A DNA stretch of 64,000 nucleotides from Podarcis cretensis (GCA_951804945.1 OX638156.1:40238001-40302000); one strand, 5' to 3'. Numbered from the stretch's first letter, positions 48,668-61,458 are shown. Program-made: numbers and translations. Notes: generated from the letters alone by a model not told the origin.

Positions 48668-50100
48668 CTGCATGGAGAAGAGAAACGCATGGGGGGTGGG
48701 GTTCAAGGAGCTTGGGCCCCTCATCCCTTCTCCCCTTTGTTTCACCGGTAAGATCAACCAAGGGTGCCCTTTTGATGCAAAATCCAAGCTGCCAAGAACA
48801 TGCAAGTTGGGGTTCTCATTGACTGCCAACAGCCACAGAATTCCTTTCCTGCCCCTGCAGGCCTATCAGAATATGAGCATGAGCCAAGGCCATCCACCAC
48901 CAAGTGGTTTCAAGAGGAAATGATGCTGAATATACAAACCCATGTACTCTATACCTTGCCCCAGAGGAAGAATAATAAATAAGCTGGGGAGAAATAAATG
49001 TTCCCAACCTTAGCGGTCCACAGCTGAGACAAATATCCTCTATAATTTAATCCAGTGATGTCTGGAAGGTAGTTTGTTTTACAACTGTTTTCAGAATTCT
49101 CATACAATTGAGATCCAACTTATTAGTTCCAGCCAAAACCTCTTAATGCCCAGTAGTAGCAGTTAGTTGTTGTATTCATTGTCTCTTTTAAGGAAAACCA
49201 TCTAAGCCACAATAAGACATTTTAATGGGAAATGGTGGTAAGCATCAGTACTATGCTAGGTGTGAACAAGCGTGAGGATTAGCCATGTGGAAAACCTTAC
49301 CTATGGAGAAGTTATTTTTTCAAACAAATTTCCTGAACATGTAATATCACTTCTCAGTGAGACTGAAATACCCAAATAAATAATGATAAGGTTTTGCACA
49401 CCCCTCCAAATGCCCAACAAAAATACCACAGAAGACTATTGATGACTGCATGTCAGTAAGATGAACAAGGAGAAGAAAGGTCCATTTGTCACCTGAAAAA
49501 GTTCTATCGGATGACTCACTATGCATGCAACCCCAACAGAGAAGCAGGGGAAAGATTTATTCAATATCATAAAGGACTTATGCCACATCTTACAAGATGA
49601 CTGTAACATGATTGTTGTTCTCCCAGGACTATCGGTATTGGAGATCTGTCAGCTCACCCGAGGGGTCTTGAAGAAGCAAGGTAGTCAGTACATCAATAAA
49701 ATCTTCAGTTCCCTTCACTTGATTTCATATTGTACATCCATGCAAAAATTATCTGGGAAAGGAGACTACCCTTGCAGATAATTCTGACATCACTTCCCCA
49801 GCTTCCAGGCTTAGGGCAAGAAAGTATGGGCAGAGTGAAACAGGTGCTTCACGTTAGAGGGTTGTCAAAACAAAGATGGGGAAGCTGTTTTTGTTGCAGT
49901 CTGCATTTTCATTTGATCTCAGTCCTAGTACATACCCATATGTTATCAAGCTCTGGCAACCTGCAGTGCATCAGTACTGTACCAGCGGAGAAACACCACT
50001 TTTCCACAAAGCCTTGCCAGGCCACTGCCCTTCATTACCATTCCATTACCAAACAACTTTTTCATGCTTCTGAAGAGCAGAAACATTTGATGGGAGTCAC

Positions 50101-50228
50101 CTGCAGAGCTCCCAGTCTGGGAGAGTGCTGGGGATGTGGAGAGCCTGCCGGACTTCATCCTGGTTCAGCCACACATACATAGCAGTGGCATTTATACAAT
50201 GTGGCACTCCTGGGATGGAGCCAATTTT
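50101..50228 (-). CDS. Cathepsin A-like coding exon 8
   Basis: KIGSIPGVPHCINATAMYVWLNQDEVRQALHIPSTLPDWELC. Confidence 0.9.
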
Positions 50229-50531
50229 CTGAAAGTGAAAGCAAAGAGAAGGCAAGATGAGGTTGAATTCTTCTGGGAAAAGCTGGTGCAAGATACCAGC
50301 ACCTTGCTTTGCCAGACCTAAGCCTGATTCAGCAAGTGGCCCATAGTTCATTTATAAATGGATGAATCATGCCTTCCCAGCATAAACTTTTGGGAATAAA
50401 TTTCCATACTGAATATTAATGCTTAAGAAAATTGGTTTTTTTTTTGGGGGGGGGTTAAGTTTGCCAAATTCACAGAATCACTAGAGCCACCTGAGTGATG
50501 TAAATGTGATGAAGATAGCCTATCAACTCAC

Positions 50532-50681
50532 TCGCACTGGAACATCAAACTGGTAGTGGTGGAAGAGGCTCGACAGATCGGCTTCATAACGCTCCTGGTA
50601 GTGTGCTCCTCCCCAGCAAGATGCGTAGAGGTTGTACACATTAAGGCCAATTCCATAAAGAATTCCATAGGCTTGTGATAT
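50532..50681 (-). CDS. Cathepsin A-like coding exon 7
   Basis: ISQAYGILYGIGLNVYNLYASCWGGAHYQERYEADLSSLFHHYQFDVPVR (GLNxYNLY motif). Confidence 0.88.
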
Positions 50682-51490
50682 CTTGAGGATGGGAACAGGG
50701 AAGAAGAGGATAGAAGAGTTAGCTACGCTCTGAGTTTATGTGCAGAAAGAGGAGAAAGGAAACAGATGTGTGGAATTCAGTAATATTTATAGCTTTTGAG
50801 GGTCATCAGTTTATTTTTATGGGTTTATTATCAAATTTATATCTTGCCCTTCTGCCCAAAGGAGCCCAGGGCAGCTAACAACAAAGCAATAAAACATATT
50901 CCAAAATCTTAAAAACAATTCCAGTACAGATGCAGACTGGGATAAAGATAACCAGTGAAAAGACAAGAGATTGCACCTGTGTAATATTCAAGGGGAGGGG
51001 ATTCCAAAGGGTAGGTGCCCCAACACTAAGGACCAGATTACTACATTGTGCAAAATAGACCTCATTATAAGACGGTATCTGCAGGCAGCCTTCACCTACA
51101 GAGCACTGTGATCAACTGAATATATAAGGGGTGGGATTATCAGGAATCCTAGTTCCAAAGTGTATAGGGATTTATGCACCAAAACCAGCACATTGAACTT
51201 AGCCTAGTAACTACGTAATTAGCACCCATTGCAATTATTTCAATGGTGTGGTAACACGTTGGCAACATCCTAATGCTGTTCAGAGAATTTGGTGTAGTAG
51301 GTGCTATGGGCACAAAATAGGGCAGAGACATTTCCAGAAGACTTTACTAAACCCATAATCTACCAGTTCAGGCCAAAACACATTATTGCATAACAATTAG
51401 AACATTCTAGTTTGTGGCCAGGTGCAAATGGAGTTTGCAAAGTCCACACTACATGAGTTAGTATCAAGGATTTTCAGTCCAGGCACTCAC

Positions 51491-51575
51491 TGCTGTGATA
51501 CAATCACTGTTCATGTTGCTGGAGAAGTTGCAAGTTCCTTCATCACAGCAGTTTTCGTTCAAGGAGGCCCACAAG
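51491..51575 (-). CDS. Cathepsin A-like coding exon 6
   Basis: 85 nt, LWASLNENCCDEGTCNFSSNMNSDCITA. Confidence 0.92.
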
Positions 51576-52204
51576 CTATAAGGCAGGAAAGAAGGCGGTA
51601 AAGTGTCAGGTAGAGGGAAGCTTATTCATTTTTATTCAATCATTACATTTGTATACCACCCTTCACTCAAAATCACAGGGTGGTTCACAACTTAGAAGCA
51701 CAAAGTGTGTGTGAGCACACACACACACAGGCTCCCCTGCCCAACAAAGGAGAACAGATAGTTCAAACAACATTGACAGATATCTGTCCTGTGTTCCCTG
51801 GAGATGTCAACAACCTCCCTAACTATTCTGCCTACAGTTTGTGCAAGTTAAGCTTTTCTTTCTGTCCTCTCTTCAGTGGAGATAATTGCTAATTTTATTC
51901 ACTGACAGGAAACAACGGCTTCCCCTTATTTAGCACACCTTTGACTCACTTGCCATCCAACCACCTTGCTTGCCAGTTTCTTGTTTCTGATGTACTCAGT
52001 GATGCATGATAAGGGCAAGACCCTTTACTACAGTCTCCACTCTCCTTTTTTGCTTCTCATTTGATCTGGCAAATGGAGAAGGCGGGGACAATTCTTTTAG
52101 AGGCCAGGTGTGAACTTGGAGCTACCAGTTGTTGACTTGTATGGTGGGAGATTTACCTGTGGCCACTTGCTGACCCAACTCCCCTTGTCCTCTTCTGTAC
52201 TCAC

Positions 52205-52296
52205 TCATCTCCAAACACTCCATGGTAGTAGGCAAATTCCATCAGTGTCTCGTCATTGAGGAAATAGCTCAGCATGCCATTGCCAACCCCAAATCC
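52205..52296 (-). CDS. Cathepsin A-like coding exon 5
   Basis: 92 nt, GFGVGNGMLSYFLNDETLMEFAYYHGVFGD. Confidence 0.93.
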
Positions 52297-52756
52297 CTGA
52301 GGAATCAGATAACAAAAGATCATGCCAAGAAAGGAGTTGTATGAAATTGGATGATGGGATAGTTAGTTGAAAGGCTATAATTAGAACAAGGCCTGATGCC
52401 AGGTTTGAAGATAGCAGGCAGAGGAACTGTAGTGTCTAGTGCCTCTTGAGATACAGCACAACTGGATGTGGGGCAATGGCACCGGACATTCAGAGGCAGC
52501 TACCAAGCAAGGCCTTCAAAGTGAATCCACCTCCCCAATTCCAGGCATGTCCTTTCCATGTGGCCTGCTTTGGATGTGAGAGGAGTGAGGCCTTCAGGGC
52601 TTGTTGTCATCAGGGCAAAATCTGCATTAGTGGCTGCTGCTTGTGGGTTGGCAGTGCTCACTCATTGCCCCTAAATGTGCCATTTGGCCTACATGGAAGA
52701 TCTTAGCTCTCCTGGTTTCCCAGTGACTCTGCTTCCTGTACCGCGATTGTGTTTAC

Positions 52757-52915
52757 CTTCAGGTTAATGCCTGCTGATCCTTCCGCAATCTTGGCAGTGA
52801 GAGTGGGGACATAGATTCCACCATAACTTTCCCCAAAAACATAAAATTCGTTGTTTGCAAAGTCTGGGAATTTAGCAAAGAAACTCTGGAGAGCCTGGTA
52901 GTTGTCCTCAGCTAC
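52757..52915 (-). CDS. Cathepsin A-like coding exon 4 (catalytic Ser, GESYGG)
   Basis: VAEDNYQALQSFFAKFPDFANNEFYVFGESYGGIYVPTLTAKIAEGSAGINLK. Confidence 0.94.
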
Positions 52916-53420
52916 CTAAAGTAGGGAGAAATTTTGACCCACCTCTTAGCTTTGGTGCAAATCATAGGACAGAGTTTGATGTGCATATCATGTGCGGCTG
53001 CATTAAGAAACACACTCCTGGCATTATCTTCCCCCACCCCACCCCTCTGCTCCTCATCCGTCAGGAGTATATGACAGAAATCTTGATTTGTCTCAATGAA
53101 CATCCAAATAAAGACTTCTCCTACCTGTAAGGCAAATGGAATCTGTCCCAACAATACTTACAAACTTTGTGAGCTGATCCCTCACAGCCCAGACAGCTGT
53201 GTAGGAAGTCTATATTGCCTCTGGATAGAACCATGCCATACATTTAAGGCACAGCCAATGCACATTTACAACACATGGCTCCCCCAAAGAATGCTGATAA
53301 TTGTAGTTTCTTCCTCAAAGAGCTGCAGTTCCCAGTGCCCTTAGCAATCTATGATTCCCAGGATTCTTTAGGGGAAGTCGTATGATTTAAATGTGCACTG
53401 GCTGTGTTTTAAAACCGTAA

Positions 53421-53717
53421 CTGAGGTCCAGCTCAGAGGGCCTTCTGGCAGCTCCCTCATTTTGAAAAAGTGAAGTTACAGGGAAATAGGCAGAGGGCCT
53501 TTTTGGTAGTGGCGCCCACCCAGTGGAACACTCTCCCATCCGATGTCAAAGATATAAACAATTATATGACTTTCTGTAGACATCTGAAGGCAGCCCTGTA
53601 TTGGGAAGCTTTTAATGTCTGATGTATCATGTGTTCTTTTATACTCTGTTGGAAGCTGCCCAGAGTGACTGGGGCAACCCAGTCAGTTGGGTGGAGTACA
53701 AATTAATTATGATGATG
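53421..53717 (+). mobile_element. L2 3' fragment
   Basis: Diverged reverse-complement match to 22680-22960. Confidence 0.8.
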
Positions 53718-53892
53718 TATGGTGTGGTTCTGCCCTATATTACTGCCACAGGACTAACAACCTTCCCCCATCAGCTGCTACCATCACCATTCCATCTATT
53801 GCCCCACCCACCACTGGCATGTATGAATCACCCCCATTTTGTTTACTAGAGAATGCGGTCCGTAGGCCAGGAACAAACAGCAAATTACCTAC

Positions 53893-54024
53893 CTGGCTGT
53901 CATTGATAGGGCTGTCCTCTGTGGCATAGGAATAGCCAACTCCAGCCGGAGATTCCATGTAAAGCACGTTGGCTACCTTGTTCCAGCTGTTGGGGTTCAG
54001 GTAGAGTGTTGCATCGTCATTCAG
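53893..54024 (-). CDS. Cathepsin A-like coding exon 3
   Basis: [44 protein letters not shown]. Confidence 0.93.
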
Positions 54025-54558
54025 CTACACAAAACCACAAGGCAGGCAAAGCGGGTTACTTTGGGGATGTGAGGTATTTGCAGCATGCTGTTCACTAAAT
54101 CTTCCATATCAATTGCCTCCAAGCACAGTCTCAGATTCCCAGTCCTTGAGAAATCAGGCATCTGTGAGTTGGTCTGGGCATTATTGCAGGATTGTCATAC
54201 ATCCAAGATTCTCCCGGACACATACAGAATACTGCAGTTGGCAGCAGTGTCCAGGTGGAAATCAGGAAAATGTCCAAGAAAATCCCCAAAAGCTCAACAA
54301 CTTTGGGCAAAATTAAAACAACATAGAGCCTCTTTGCACCTGGCTCTGATGATCTCATAGTAAGTAAATAATGTTGCCTCTGCACCTGTATATAGCACCT
54401 TTCCCTCCTGACAGAATGATCCCAGGCAGCCTCCACAACTTTGAGATGAGATCAAGAGCTTCAGGCCCAGTTGAATCCCAACTACCTGATCCACAACCCC
54501 TTTCTTGTCCCATGTTTCTCTTCTTTCCCATCAGCATACAGAGCGGCCACAGACTCAC

Positions 54559-54670
54559 ATGGAAAGGTCCATTCTCAGCCAGGAGGCCTTCCATGGAACT
54601 ACAGCCTGGTCCCCCATTTAGCCAGAGCACCACGGGGTCAGTTGCTGGGTTGCCCTGAGACTCCACAAAC
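54559..54670 (-). CDS. Cathepsin A-like coding exon 2
   Basis: 112 nt, [37 protein letters not shown] (S10 [10 protein letters not shown] motif). Confidence 0.95.
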
Positions 54671-55265
54671 CTGTCAGGATAGAAAGGGAGAGAGCAAACA
54701 CCCTGATGGATATGTTTAGAGGAGGCCCAAAGAATGGAGACCCGAGGAAGATACCTGATGCAGTAGCAGACTTTGGGCTCTCAAATTTCAGCGGCGCCCT
54801 GTGTGACGCTAATATTTGGTGCAACCTCGCCTCTTATGCTTTGTTCTACAGCATTGTTTTGGTGAACCCTGCAGTGTGGCACCCAGTGTGACTGCTCTGG
54901 TTGTGCCACCCTAAAACTGCCTTTGCCTGATGTTGCAGCAGTCCTATAGCTAAGCATGCCTGTGCTGAGTGAGGGGCTGCATTGGGAACATGGAAGGAAG
55001 AACAGGGGCATCATCATTGAGGGTGTAAATAAATGTGGTGTTAGCTGGTGGGACTAGTGGGGCAGAAGGGAGAGAGACTAATAGTAGGCAGAGAGAGGTG
55101 GAACCACAGCCAGCAACAGGGAGAGCCAGAAAATTTTGTCCCAAGTGAGTTCTACAAGATCAACCCTGAGACTGAGGAAGAGGAAGGTGGCAAGCAGGGC
55201 TACTCCCTGGGCCCGTTGTAAATCATAAGGCAGGCAGTTGTGACATAGCTAAGGTTGGTGGGGCT

Positions 55266-55267
<2 letters not shown>

Positions 55268-55309
<42 letters not shown>

Positions 55310-55425
55310 TTATTATTTATACCCCGCCCATCTGGCTGGGCCTCCCCAGCCACTCTGGGCGGCTTCCATAGAAAGCAAAAATACGGTAAAATATCACACG
55401 TTAAAAACTTCCCTGAACAGGGCTG
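55268..55425 (-). mobile_element. Young L2 3' tail with (AAT)n
   Basis: Close match to 22630-22793; gggctgt at both junctions. Confidence 0.85.
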
Positions 55426-55730
55426 TGCCGCATTTACGCTAGTGAACCAGCCCCCACTGAATCAACCTTTTCCTCCATGCAGCTACCTTATGGGCAGGAA
55501 TCCAGGAGAGAGGCAGGCAAGGAACTACAACATCCAACATGGCAGCCTGCTCCTACTGGACCTGCCTCCCTCCTGCCCCCACCCCCGCCCCTCTGCAGGG
55601 CCATGGATCACCACCAGAAATGAAACAGCTTCTGTTTTCATAATGGTCTTATTGTTATTGCACTTTGACTTTATTTGTAAGCTGCCTTGGGGGGAATTTG
55701 TGCCTGTAAAGGGAAGACACAAATTATTAT

Positions 55731-55772
<42 letters not shown>
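55731..55772. repeat. (AATC)n tetranucleotide microsatellite
   Basis: About 10 units seen directly. Confidence 0.95.
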
Positions 55773-55916
55773 GCTAATGTTACAAGCAACCAACTTATTC
55801 TTAGGCTGCCCCACACAGCTAGTTCCAGGGCAGTAGAGAAGCATAAACGTTTCTGTAAGCTGCAGCTCATCCAGAACATCTTGGCAAAGGCAATTGCAAC
55901 AAACGATTAGCAAGAG

Positions 55917-56100
55917 CATAAGGACATCAGAAGAGCCTGCTGGATCACACCCAAGGGGGCCCATCTAGTCCAGCACCCTGCTCTCATAGGGGCCAACCCA
56001 AGGGAAACCTGCAGGCAAGACCCAAACACAAGAGTGCTCTGCCATCCTGCAATTTCCACCAACTGACATTCAGAAGTGTTGCTGCTGCTGCCAATGGTGG
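55917..56100 (-). mobile_element. CR1-type LINE 3' end fragment
   Basis: agaagagcctgctggatca...gcccatctagtccagca motif, similar to 8995-9230. Confidence 0.6.
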
Positions 56101-56291
56101 AAGTCCATGAAGCAGCTGTTGTCTGGATGTCAGCAATGTGTCTAGCCAGGATTAGCTTTTTAGCTCTTAATTCATGAGCAATTGGAAGCATGCATAGGTC
56201 AGCCAGCACATACCCAAAAGCAACAAACAGTTCAAATGAAGAGGAGACATGAATATTAACTCAATCTCTGGCTCTCTGGCTCTCTGCTTAC

Positions 56292-56464
56292 CAGTAATGG
56301 AAGTATTGGCCAGATCCTGCCTGGAGATAGCCGGACCATTGCTGGAAGGTTGGCATCTCAGACAGTCCTGGCAGGGAAGTGATGAGATCCGGAGAAGCAT
56401 CTGTCCCTGAGCAGAGGCCAAAGGAGACACTGAAGACGGCGCACAACCTGAACAAGAAGTGCAT
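56292..56464 (-). CDS. Cathepsin A-like coding exon 1 (signal peptide)
   Basis: accATG Kozak; MHFLFRLCAVFSVSFGLCSG then DLITSLPGL...WSGYL...HYW; donor TG|gtaag. Confidence 0.88.
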
Positions 56465-57299
56465 GGTGCTGTTTTGGGACAGGCTGCCATAGAGTGGTGG
56501 TGTTGCAGGGCACCTTATATCATGCTCGGCCTGTGTACTCTGATAACAAGCCAACAGCATAATCTTGTTTCTTGATTACTAGAGATAATGGGAAGGCGGG
56601 CAGCGTGGCTCAATGTACCAGCAAAACACAAGCCAGGCTTCTATGGAAGGAAATGTCACTTTGAAATGTCACCTTCACCTTATTTAGCCTAACAAGACTT
56701 CAGATTAGATTGACCAATTTGGCTAAGTCTCTGGCTTCAAGGTAAATTATGATCAATCTTTTCCAAGAATTGGTACTGATACGGTTAAGTGACACTTCCT
56801 TAATGGAATCTCTCAAAATCTAAGAAGCAGAAATATCTAGGCATAGGCCCGGACTTAGGTTTGATGAGGCCCTAAGCTACTGAAGATAATGGGGCCCTTT
56901 ATATGTGATATTTTAGGGAGCAGGCTAGCAGGCGGGGCCTATTACTTACATCATAGGAGCCTACACAACACAAAACACTCTTGCTGTATGTAGATTTTAT
57001 TTTTTTAATCCTTGGATTAGCTCTTTTTGAAACCTAGGTCTCCCAGACATTTGGAAAAAAATGGATAACCAACTAAGGATAACAAACTATTTCATTTGGA
57101 CAGGTAAGAAAAGCTTAGATGTAGAAATAATACAGTACTGTAAGCTGTTGCTCAGTGACAAAAAAACAGCACAGTGATGTATGAGTCCCCCAATCTGAAA
57201 CTTTTCTTTGATGAAGTGTATCAACGACGACTGCTGATTCACTTACAGAAAGACTTGAATCTTTACTGGATCAATAGAGATGGACTGAATTATAGAATA

Positions 57300-58500
57300 G
57301 TGAATCACCTCTGGTTCTAGTAGCCTTAAAAACCAGCACTTAATTCAGAAATGGTAATTAGCCACTTAAAAGCTGGGTCCAGCGCCTCCATTATGTCAGT
57401 GCTCTTCTATTCCAACTTCACAACTATCTTAGCTAAAACCTGATGTATCACCTGGAAAAGTAAGGGTACAAGACACTTGGGTGATCTCATCTGGTGGAAG
57501 TTGGTATATTGGATCTCTAGCAGACTTAAGTAACAAGTTTGAAAAATTAGGTGGTTTTATTCATAACCCAGCTGAATTTCACTTCTCCATCAGGAGTCAA
57601 GCTTTTCCAAAATATAAGGTACCCTTTCAGTTATGTGGAGCACATCACCTGAGACCGACTTCTGACTGTATGAAGAGATCCCGTTGAACAGTGCGGTCTT
57701 TGTGGTGGCCCAGGCTGATCTCCCTGGTAGATATGCATTGGCTCAATCCCACATGGTAACCATCTCCTAAGTGTGTATGTGTGGGCCAGCTCACAGGCTG
57801 GGTCCAGAGTTTCTAAAGTGCAAAACACGTCTTCTCAAAGTCATGGAAACTTTCCCTCCTGGCCTGAAATGCCCTCTTCTATTGATGTGGTGGATGCTGC
57901 AGACTGTGGCTGCCTTCTCCAATTTGTTTCATCCAGCTGTGCCGGAAATATTTATATTTGAGGGTGGACTAGAAGTTTTGGATGCTGGAATCATGGTGTG
58001 CAAGCTTGAGATGGGCTGAAGACCAGCAGTCTGGTTCCCCCTCTCAGTAAGATGTTGCCCAGGTTGAGAGCTTAAATTCAGTCAGGAGTGCCAGGCTGGC
58101 TTGCCTGATGCCACCAGTCTGCCCAAGCCAGACAAATGATGGGCTATGGCACAAACACCCCACTTGGAAGGAACCTGAGGTTCAATGGTGGATTCACAAA
58201 TTTACCCATTCAAGCCTGGCAGATGCTGGAAGGCACACAGATGAGGTTGCCTTGCCCCTTATTGAACACAAGGTGGGTGCTTTGGGGTGACATCTGGTTT
58301 TCTACTCAATCATATTCATTTCTCTCCAAATCCATCAATTTGGGAAAGTGAATGCCATCTATCAAGTTATCTGATCCTTTGAGGGTCTTTGTGTACCTCT
58401 CAGTCCCTTCAAGAAAGTTCACCTGGATGAAACTGAGGAACCCATCTTCAAGTGGAAGTGAGACTCAGCAACACCTGCTCTTAATCAGCCCCACTTTTCA
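57300..58500 (-). mobile_element. Possible highly decayed DIRS-like retrotransposon remnant
   Basis: Interrupted minus-strand peptides HINRRG, YLPGRSAW and LLFQVIHQVLAKI loosely resemble DIRS RNase H/MT motifs; many stop codons. Confidence 0.3.
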
Positions 58501-58961
58501 CCTTTGGAATTTCCCCCCTCAGTGTGAGGTGGAACAAATAAAAAAATACAGTACAGTAAGATAAAAATAGCAGTGACCCACACAAGCTCTAAGTAGGGTT
58601 TTCAAGGTTGCTGCCTCCTATTTTCCAGGCAAAATATTTTCTATTGACTCAGCACATTTCCTGCCCTTGGAAAAGCTTGTTGCCAGTGCAGTTTGAGGCC
58701 AAGCAGATCCTACCAAAAAGGGTAGCACCAAACAAGGCACAAGTGAGGAATACAGCTGTGGTTTGAGACAGGTTTCTTGATGCAAATTATACAAATCTCA
58801 CCATGGTGAATTTAAAAGACAGGGTCCTTTGTGGGAAGAGGATATAAAAATACATAAAAATACGAGATGGGGAAGCTGCCCCCCCTCACTCAAAGCCATT
58901 CACAAAAACTATTCCATGCACACCTCCAAACAAAGGTGACTCTGTTGGCTCAAACTATGTA

Positions 58962-59187
58962 TAGTGGTACCTCAGGTTAAGTACTTAATTCGTTCCAGAG
59001 GTCCGCTCTTAACCTGAAACTGTTCTTAACCTGAAGCACCACTTTAGCTAATGGGGCCTCCTGCTGCCGCTGCACCGCCAAAGCACGATTTCTGTTCTTA
59101 TCCTGAAGCAAAGTTCTTAACCCAAGGTACTATTTCTGGGTTAGCGGAGTCTGTAACCTAAAGCGTATGTAACCTGAGGTACCACTG
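58962..59187. mobile_element. Tc1/mariner (Tigger/pogo-like) MITE
   Basis: agtggtacctcaggtta ... taacctgaggtaccact TIR with TA flanks. Confidence 0.88.
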
Positions 59188-61458
59188 TACATGGCACTAA
59201 ACCAAAGTCGTATACATAATAATGTTAATTTATTTAGGCCGTGGCAGCTCAATGGTATCCCCAATCTAGACACTCACCAGGAACAACTTAAAATCTAGGA
59301 TGCTGGAAGAGAAAAATCCCCAAGTCGGCTTACATCTACACCACTGTAGTTGACACTGGCTGAGGATTTGCAGTCCAAAACATCTGGAGGGCACCTGGTT
59401 GCGGAGCCTGAGAGGCCTGCTCCAGCTCTCGCATTTTAGTAGCATTTCTGCTGGTGACTTTGACTGGTTTTATTTTTCTTTGTACTGACTTTCTAAACAG
59501 TGGTTCTTGTGATCATGACCCACAGAGTTCTGTGCAGAAAGGCGGAACATAAAAACAGATATGAAATTAAAGGGCCTGCAGCAAAGGATCTGGTTATGTA
59601 TAGGAATATGTTATGCAAACATTAATCAAATGCAATTTGTTTCATAAAGATTAGATAAACAGAAACTGTAAGTCAATGTTACCCTGCATGGATGGCCCAC
59701 ACCAGTTTCCCTAGTGCTGCCACTAGAAACTGTCTTCTCTCTCTCCACTTTCCAGATCTTGGAGAGGGGCAAAACTATTTTGCTCCAACTATGCTGCATC
59801 ACTCAATGAGCAAAAGAGAAGCTGGGAAGGGTTGCTCAATAGCTGGCAGTTTGACAAAGAGATGGTTCCTGCAAGGAAGAAGGTGAAGGTGGGTAAGGGA
59901 GTTTTGGGCTTCTCTGTCCCTCTGCAGGAGAACCAAGCTATGAAGCCACCTAGAACTGGATCTGCATTAATGGGCAGGAATCAAAGCACAAGCAACCCAG
60001 AAGTTGGAATTTTCCTTTTTAATTCTTATTTCCATGGTGACATTGTCCCATTAAAACCCAAACTTCACCACCACCGCCCACCCTGGCACACAAGATTTGA
60101 AATGGGGGCTGGGAGGGTGTGTTGCACCTCCCCCCCAAAAAAAAATCTTCAAAATTAGTGTATAATTGACATTGAGAGAGAGCCTGGACTTTAGCCCCAT
60201 CTGCCAGGACATAGAGACCTTCTAAAAATCTGCTTTGTAAACATCAGAACATGCTACAAAATGCCACATTGGAACAGATACGAATGGGATCCTGCAACAG
60301 AAGGTGTGGCCCTGAGATGTCGCTGTACTAACAGAGTACATCATCATCCCTGACACTTGGGCCTGGCTGGTTGCACAGGCCGATGAGAGCATCTGGGGGG
60401 CGGCTACAGGTTCCCCCACACAAGGCAAACCTGTGATACAGCCCCAGAATCTGGCATCAACTTAATCAAATGAAAACATAAAAGGAAATAGGTCTCTGAC
60501 AACTGAGAACCAAATGAATACTGTGGGTTAAAACATGATTGGATGGAGCAGAGACACCGCCCAGCAAAGGAATAGAGTTTGTTCATGCGGCATCTGAATC
60601 TGGTGAATCTCACCAGAAAGGAGGGGAAGGAAGTAGTCAGGTGACAGGAAGGAAGGACCTGTGTGAATTTGATGCCAAGGAAATGCCCTCAAATGTAGTC
60701 AAATATTCCCTTTTCCAATGTATGTGTATCTAAAACTCAAGGATCTTTTCCCTCAGTTTTCATTTTCAAATATAAAAAGTAAAAGGATAGCAACAATATA
60801 AAAACAAATAACTTCCTCAATAAGCACCAAGTCCACAGGCCAGCCTTTACCAACAGGGTGCCTACCAAATGTTTCAGAGGGAAACTCCCATCTGTCCCAA
60901 CATCATACGGCCGTACTAGCTGGGGCTGATGGGAGTTGTCATCCAAACCAGTCACCAGGCTGGAGAAGGCTGCCTTAAAGTAATTAAGCTGTAGTTCACA
61001 CTGTGCAGTCATGTCATTATCAACCACATGACCTTTGCTACATCACTGGTCATGATACAAAGATGAGCCCCCTGGGCACATAAATATAGAGCAGAAGTTG
61101 TGTAGTGAATGGCCTGGGTCCTCTTACACACGTGTGTGGAAGGCAAGGGCAAAAGGAGAGTCCTTTTTGAGAGCGATGTCCCAAAAGGCAAAGAGGAATT
61201 CAGTTTGTGTTCAGAGTGTGAAGCTGCATGCACAGCAAGTGGCCCTGTGGGGACTTGACTGATCTATCAAGAAGAAAATGGGAAAGAAAATGGAAATCAA
61301 AGTCTCGGAAGAGGCTCCCAACAAACAAAACAGGAGTAGCACAATCACCGGGGGAGAGTGGAGGGAACGGTTGCCTCCTGCCGACACGAGACATTCCTAA
61401 AAATTGGAATTCAAGAATCCAGAGGAGGAAAGGCACCCTCCGAGGGCAGTTGTAGGGA

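Noticed and set aside
56465-56560. In-frame upstream ATG extending the CTSA-like N-terminus by 32 aa
   Set aside because: Lies upstream of the TATA-like box and would bury the signal peptide; the ATG at 56464 directly precedes it
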